From contig CAVQJC010000020.1 of NCBI GenBank assembly GCA_963712745.1, positions 544,001-608,000 of the forward strand: a stretch of DNA of 64,000 nucleotides, written 5' to 3'. Shown one piece after another: positions 59,101 to 64,000 of the stretch (position 1 is the stretch's first letter; every line of letters starts with the position of its first letter). The position numbers and the translations under genes were made by a program. Under the pieces are notes generated by a model. It searched no databases. It saw only the letters and a list, made by a program, of their open reading frames with translations, and was not told the DNA's origin. Origin of the DNA: an uncultured Chloroflexia bacterium. GTDB lineage: Bacteria; Chloroflexota; Limnocylindria; Limnocylindrales; CSP1-4.

Positions 59101-60248
59101 GACGCGGGCGCCCTTGGGGGCCACAAGGCCAGGATGATGATCAGAGACATGGCGGTGCCCCCTGCCAGCGCGAGCGGATCGACGCCGAAGCTGACGCTGA
59201 CGACACCGGCCGAGATGAGGAGCCCGAAACGGGTTGCCGGTCTGGCCTTGGGCCACGCGATCGCAGCGAACGGCAGCAGCACCACGAGGTAGTGGTACAG
59301 GAGCGTCCCCCGGATGGTAAGTGCGGCGACGGTGGCAAGGAATGCCGCCTCGGGCCATCCTTCCCGTCGCCGTGCAAGCCACAGGCTCACGATGAAGGCC
59401 ACTCCACCGGTCGTGAGGGTCGCCAGCCGTGTCAGGAGCACGAGCCCGTCAGGTAGCCCACTCCGGGCGGCGATGTTCGCGGGGGCGATGCTGACATGCC
59501 CGGATGCGGCCAGGTCGAGCAGGATACGCGGATAGTCGAGCCAGGCCCCGGGTGCGAGCGCGAAGCTGATGCCAAGCGCGACCACGAGGCTGATGACCAC
59601 GGCCCAGCGCGACTCGCGGCCCATCAGCAAGGATACCGGCACGAGCGAAGCCGGGCTCACCTTCAGCAGGGTGAGAAGCACCGCACTCGCACCCGCGGCT
59701 GCTCCTCCGGCCGCCACGAGCGTAGCTCCCAGGGCGAGCACGGTGCTGATGTTGCCGTACCAGAAGGAGCTGAAGGCCGGCATGAACCAGAGCATCGGCA
59801 CGAGACACCAGAGCGCACGCTCCAGGGACCGGCGGGCACCACCCAGTCCCGTCCCGATCCAGAGTGCCGCGTACATCGCGACGAACTGGATGCTGTACCA
59901 GCTGAACTCGGCCACCGGCGCCGGCACCAGCGTCAGCGGTGAAAGCAGCTGGGCCAGAGGTGGCGGATAGATGTAGCACGTCGGACAGTAGGCCTCGGCG
60001 GCCCCGGTGACCTGCGCGACCGTGTACGGAGAGCCGACCTCAAGCCACCGTTCCGACCCGGCGAGGTACGCGAAGAAGTCGTACCCACCCTCGTGGCCGA
60101 TCGCCGAGAGCAAGCTCGGGTAGAGCAGGAGCAGGTAGACGCCTAGGGCACTCAGGGTGAGCGCGAGGGCCAGCCGAAATCCCTGTGAACCGAACACCCG
60201 GAGTCCCGGCATGCCGGTCACATCCATGCGCTGCACCACGCCGTTCAT
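59097..60248 (-). CDS. Glycosyltransferase family 87 membrane protein
   Basis: YDFFAY, YIYPPPLAQ, GNIS, KVSP and YHY motifs. Confidence 0.85.
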   Translation of the reverse strand: MNGVVQRMDVTGMPGLRVFGSQGFRLALALTLSALGVYLLLLYPSLLSAIGHEGGYDFFAYLAGSERWLEVGSPYTVAQVTGAAEAYCPTCYIYPPPLAQLLSPLTLVPAPVAEFSWYSIQFVAMYAALWIGTGLGGARRSLERALWCLVPMLWFMPAFSSFWYGNISTVLALGATLVAAGGAAAGASAVLLTLLKVSPASLVPVSLLMGRESRWAVVISLVVALGISFALAPGAWLDYPRILLDLAASGHVSIAPANIAARSGLPDGLVLLTRLATLTTGGVAFIVSLWLARRREGWPEAAFLATVAALTIRGTLLYHYLVVLLPFAAIAWPKARPATRFGLLISAGVVSVSFGVDPLALAGGTAMSLIIILALWPPRAPAS

Positions 60249-61162
60249 GCCGGATCAGGCCCCCCGGTAGCGGGCCGCAGTCCGAGGCGCATCAAGGCCC
60301 GAGTCGCGAGGCTGGGCGTGGCTGCCGGGTATCGGCGGTGCCACTCGGCGATGAGCCCCACCAGCATGGCCAGGCCATGGACCCACAGCACCGGCAGTGC
60401 CCACGTGGCCGCGACCAGCACCGTCCAGCGGCGGTCGGTGCGGGCACCCCAGACCACGAGGACGGTGGCCGTCGCAAGCCGGGCCACCAGCGGCACGCGC
60501 ACGAGGTTGATCCAGTACGGGTCCAGGCCGATGCGCTCAGCCTCGAGGACATAGTCCCACCATTCCCGCCAGAGATGAGGCCACAGGACAAGGGAGACCA
60601 GGCAGGCGACGGCCGTGGTCCCCAGGGCGATGGCCAACGAGCGCCACTCGCCGCGGACCACGAACCAGAGCAGGCCCACGCCGGCCGTGAACTTCGTGAG
60701 CAGCACGAAGGACCAGGTCCAGGGATGGCGGAAGCCGAGCAGGATGGCCACGGCCAGGAGGATGTGGATGTTGCCGTGGTAGAGCTCGAGGGCCACGAAG
60801 GGGATGGCGAAGGCGGCCACGATCCAGCCCGCACTGCCGCCGATCCAGACGAGCGAAGCCACCATCAGCGCCGTCCACAGCCACAGGAAGTCCCACCAGG
60901 AAACGAGGCTGAACGTGCTCATCACCGCGGCCATCGGCGGGGTGTAGGGGAACGCTCCCACCTCACGATGCGGGATGTCGTACACGGCCTGCATGTCCAC
61001 GACCCAGTAGGAATAGGCATCGATGCCGAAGGACTGGACTCTCGGCGCGAGCACGAGGAAGACGAAGCCGAGAAAGATCAGCCCCGCCACGACCATGCCG
61101 TGGGTGACCGCGCGAGCGCGCCCGCTCGCAGCCAACCCGCTCAACCTTCCTGCTGCTGTCAT
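60245..61162 (-). CDS. Short GT87-like membrane protein
   Basis: DAYSYW, FPYTPP, ELYHGNIH and LLTK motifs. Confidence 0.75.
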   Translation of the reverse strand: MTAAGRLSGLAASGRARAVTHGMVVAGLIFLGFVFLVLAPRVQSFGIDAYSYWVVDMQAVYDIPHREVGAFPYTPPMAAVMSTFSLVSWWDFLWLWTALMVASLVWIGGSAGWIVAAFAIPFVALELYHGNIHILLAVAILLGFRHPWTWSFVLLTKFTAGVGLLWFVVRGEWRSLAIALGTTAVACLVSLVLWPHLWREWWDYVLEAERIGLDPYWINLVRVPLVARLATATVLVVWGARTDRRWTVLVAATWALPVLWVHGLAMLVGLIAEWHRRYPAATPSLATRALMRLGLRPATGGPDPA

Positions 61163-61213
61163 GGCGCGGTCGCGGTGCCCGGCACCGACGCGGTGGCTGG
61201 GGAGGCCAGCGCC

Positions 61214-62032
61214 TCACGCCTGGCGGCCAGTGAGCGCTGCACGAAGCTCGGGGACGATGCCGACCAGCATCACGAAGCTGCCCAGCCAAAGGATCGGCAG
61301 TGCCACCATCGAGGCCACCACGACCGTCCAGCGCCGGTCGGTGCGGGCACCCCACACGACGAGCGCCGCGGCCGCGATGAGGCGGATCCAGAGGGGAACC
61401 ATCACCGCGTTGCCGACCGGCGGTCGGCCGACGTTGTCGAGGATCAGGTCCACCCACTCGGCCCACAGTGACGGCATGAGGACCAGTGACGCGACGCACA
61501 GTACGGCCGTGGCCGCGAGGGCGATCCCCAGCTGCCGCCATTCTCCGCGGACCACGAACCAGAGCAGGCCGATGCCAGCGCTGGGCTTGGTCAGCAGCAC
61601 GAACGACCAGGTCCAGGGATGCCTGAAGCCGAGCACGATGGCGACCACCAGCAGGATGTGGATGTTGCCGCCGTAGAACTCGAGGGCGACGAAGGGAAAG
61701 GCGAGTGCCGCCAGGATCCAGTTCGGCGTCCAGCCGATCCAGATGACCGAGCCCACCAGCAGCATCAGCCACAGGAAGCTGAAGACCCACCAGTCCACGA
61801 GGCTGAAGGAGTCGAACACGAGCGCGACCGGTGGCGCGTAGTTGAAGGCCCCCAGATCCCCCACCGGGATGGAGTAGGCGTCCGGCAGGTTCACGTTCCA
61901 GTACGCGAACGCGTCGTGGTGGAAGTTCTGCATCTGGGGAGCCACCACCACGAAGAGGTAGACCATGAAGAGCAGCCCGGCCAGGATCAGCCCGTGTCCG
62001 ACCGGCCGTGCGAACCGACGGGCGGTCTTCAT
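61214..62032 (-). CDS. Short GT87-like membrane protein (true 3' end possibly 61159 via a +1 frameshift)
   Basis: DAFAYW, FNYAPP, EFYGGNIH and LLTK motifs; close paralogue of 60245-61162. Confidence 0.75.
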   Translation of the reverse strand: MKTARRFARPVGHGLILAGLLFMVYLFVVVAPQMQNFHHDAFAYWNVNLPDAYSIPVGDLGAFNYAPPVALVFDSFSLVDWWVFSFLWLMLLVGSVIWIGWTPNWILAALAFPFVALEFYGGNIHILLVVAIVLGFRHPWTWSFVLLTKPSAGIGLLWFVVRGEWRQLGIALAATAVLCVASLVLMPSLWAEWVDLILDNVGRPPVGNAVMVPLWIRLIAAAALVVWGARTDRRWTVVVASMVALPILWLGSFVMLVGIVPELRAALTGRQA

Positions 62033-62068
62033 ATGTGCGAAGGGACGACGCCGGAAGAGCCGCCGGGC

Positions 62069-63034
62069 TCAGTCCAGCTCGACCGGGACCCCTGTCTCAG
62101 CGGAGCGGTACAGCGCCTCGATGGTGCGCGCCTGGCCCATGGCATCGTCACGGCCCAGGCGGGGCGCCTTCAGGCCACGGATGGCGGCGGCCATGTCGTC
62201 GAGCTCGCACATGTAGGGGTTGGGCGCATCGACGTTCTGCTCCTGGCCATCGACGATGAGCACGCCGCGCAGCGAGTGCCACGGGTCAGGCAGGAAGATC
62301 GTGCCCGACCGGCCGGTCACCTCCAGCGACTCGCTGAAGCTGTCGAAACCGCTATGGAACGTGGCCACGAGGCCAGAGGGGAAGCGCAGGTAGCCTGTGA
62401 AACGGCGGTCCACGCCGTCGGCCGTGGTGACCCCCTGGCCGAACACGAGCTCGGGCTCCTCGCCCGCGATGAGGCGAGCGCCGGACACGCAGTAGCAGCC
62501 CACGTCCATGAGCGAGCCGCCCTCCAGGGCGGCGGAAACGCGGATGTCGGCATCGTCCTGCAGACGGTGGCTGAACGTGGAGCGCACGTGGATGAGCTCG
62601 CCGATCTGCCCGGCCAGCTCGACCAGCCTGGCCGCCTGGGGCGTGTGGCGCCACATGAACGCCTCCATGAGCACGACCCCGGCGGCATCGGCCGCGTCCC
62701 AGGCTTCGTCCACCTCCGCGGAGTGGCGCGTGTAGGGCTTCTCGCAGAGGACGTGCTTGCCGGCCGCGATGGCCTTCAGCGTCCAGGGGTGGTGAAGCGC
62801 GTTGGGCAGGGGGATGTAGACCGCGTCGATCTCTGGGTCGGCCAGCAACGCGTCGTAGCTGACGTGCACCTTGCCGATGCCGTTGGCGGCGGCGTAGGCC
62901 TCGCCGCTCTTGGCCGTCCGGCTGCCCACCGCCACGACCTCGGCCGCGTCGGTCAGGCGAGCGCCGCGCAGCAGCTTCTCGTTGATGCGGGATGTGCCCA
63001 TCAGACCCCAGCGGATCGGTTCGTTCGTGCTCAC
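62069..63034 (-). CDS. Gfo/Idh/MocA family oxidoreductase
   Basis: DAVYIPLPN.LH, GKHVLCEKP, EAFMWRH and GGSLMDVGCY motifs. Confidence 0.92.
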   Translation of the reverse strand: MSTNEPIRWGLMGTSRINEKLLRGARLTDAAEVVAVGSRTAKSGEAYAAANGIGKVHVSYDALLADPEIDAVYIPLPNALHHPWTLKAIAAGKHVLCEKPYTRHSAEVDEAWDAADAAGVVLMEAFMWRHTPQAARLVELAGQIGELIHVRSTFSHRLQDDADIRVSAALEGGSLMDVGCYCVSGARLIAGEEPELVFGQGVTTADGVDRRFTGYLRFPSGLVATFHSGFDSFSESLEVTGRSGTIFLPDPWHSLRGVLIVDGQEQNVDAPNPYMCELDDMAAAIRGLKAPRLGRDDAMGQARTIEALYRSAETGVPVELD

Positions 63035-63131
63035 TCGTTCCTCCCGATGCAGCGGTTCTCGTGGTCTCCAGACCGCACCGTACCTGACCGTACGAGTGCC
63101 CTACCATGCCCGACACCACCCGGAGGTACCT

Positions 63132-63336
63132 ATGCGCGTCGGACTCGTGCTGCCCATGGGCAGCCACGTCGGCGGGCCGCGGCCGTGGCGACATCGGCGG
63201 TGATCCGGGTGAGATCGCGGAGCGCTTGCAGTCCTTCGCGGAAGCGGGATACTCAGAGGCGATCGTTTGGCTCGGGCCCATGAACGAGCGCGGACTCGAC
63301 CGCTTGGCCCAGGCGGTCGCCATCATTCGTGCCTGA
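63132..63336 (+). pseudogene. LLM-class oxidoreductase remnant with a large internal deletion
   Basis: GGAGG-ATG, then MRVGLVLP... (LLM N-terminus) fused out of frame to GDPGEIAERLQSFAEAGYSEAIVWL...LA (LLM C-terminus). Confidence 0.65.
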
Positions 63337-63360
63337 GAAGTGGACGGAGGGAGACACCTC

Positions 63361-64000
63361 ATGACCGACGAGCAGCCGGGCCAGCCCGGGGGGCCGGAGC
63401 AGGACGGAGAGTTGGAGCACGACGTCGTAGCAGAGGCTGCGACGTCGACCACGGATGGCGGTGGTGGCAGAAGCCGCAACCGGCGGGTGCTGGCGGCGGT
63501 CTTCTGGCTCCTGGCCAGCCTTTCCGTGCTCTTCGGGGGCATCACGCTGTGGGCACACCAGACGCTGCTGACCCCCGACGGATGGGGCGGCATCGTCGAG
63601 GATGTCGTCTCTGACGAGGAGGTCGTCGACGCGGTCAGCGTCGTCATCGTCGATCGGCTGGCGGGCTCACTCGGCGTACGCGAGGCCGTGGCCAACGCGC
63701 TCCCAGGGCCGGACTTCATCGCCGGAGCGCTCACGGCCACCGTGGAGAACCGCATCACCGACGTGGTCGCTGACTTCGCCTCGTCGGAGGCGTTCAGGGA
63801 CGCGGTCGTCAACGTGAACAAGGCCGGCCACGCTGCGGCCCTGAAGGTCATTCGTGGCGGCGAGAGCAAAGCGCTCACATCCGGCGAGGGCGTGCTCTCG
63901 CTCAACATCTTCCCGCTCATCGAGGGCGTGCTGGTCAGCCTCCAGGACGCAGGCATCATCGATGCCAGCCGTGACATCCCGGATCTCACGAACTACCAGC
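63361..64000 (+). CDS. Hypothetical membrane protein (3' truncated by window)
   Basis: GGAGG RBS, ATG at 63361, TM segment VLAAVFWLLASLSVLFGGITLW; frame open to the window end. Confidence 0.75.
   Translation, partial: MTDEQPGQPGGPEQDGELEHDVVAEAATSTTDGGGGRSRNRRVLAAVFWLLASLSVLFGGITLWAHQTLLTPDGWGGIVEDVVSDEEVVDAVSVVIVDRLAGSLGVREAVANALPGPDFIAGALTATVENRITDVVADFASSEAFRDAVVNVNKAGHAAALKVIRGGESKALTSGEGVLSLNIFPLIEGVLVSLQDAGIIDASRDIPDLTNYQ

Overview
High-GC, gene-dense bacterial chromosomal window. The gene families (hoxEFUYHW, F420-dependent LLM and DDN enzymes, six GT87 paralogues, Tad pseudopilins, many probable leaderless genes) suggest Chloroflexota, possibly Limnocylindria-like, or an actinobacterium; this is inference only. 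From left to right: (1) a UroD/MtaA-like gene and a complete group 3d bidirectional NiFe-hydrogenase operon; (2) a minus-strand sugar ABC transporter, mutarotase-like gene, corrinoid protein and UroD-like gene, divergent from a DUF5107-TPR gene and followed by two KDPG-type aldolases and a lactonase; (3) a dispersed pyrimidine-catabolism set (beta-ureidopropionase-like nitrilase, CPS_4043-like F420 LLM enzyme, dihydropyrimidinase, MmsA) interleaved with secreted and envelope genes; (4) mdh, lgt and an iron/Fe-S block (VIT1, Rieske ferredoxin, sufDB, Rrf2-type operator); (5) tadE-tadE-tadG plus an unannotated 39-aa pilin-like ORF, an aspartyl protease and four tandem GT87 genes. There are six intergenic tandem-repeat arrays, none of them CRISPR, and about six reading-frame lesions (four small insertions, one in-frame TAG, one large internal deletion) that may be sequencing or assembly errors. 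No rRNA, tRNA, CRISPR array or transposase was recognised. The best candidates for undescribed biology are a corrinoid-dependent methyl-sugar demethylation module collinear with Hox and an F420-dependent reductive pyrimidine pathway.
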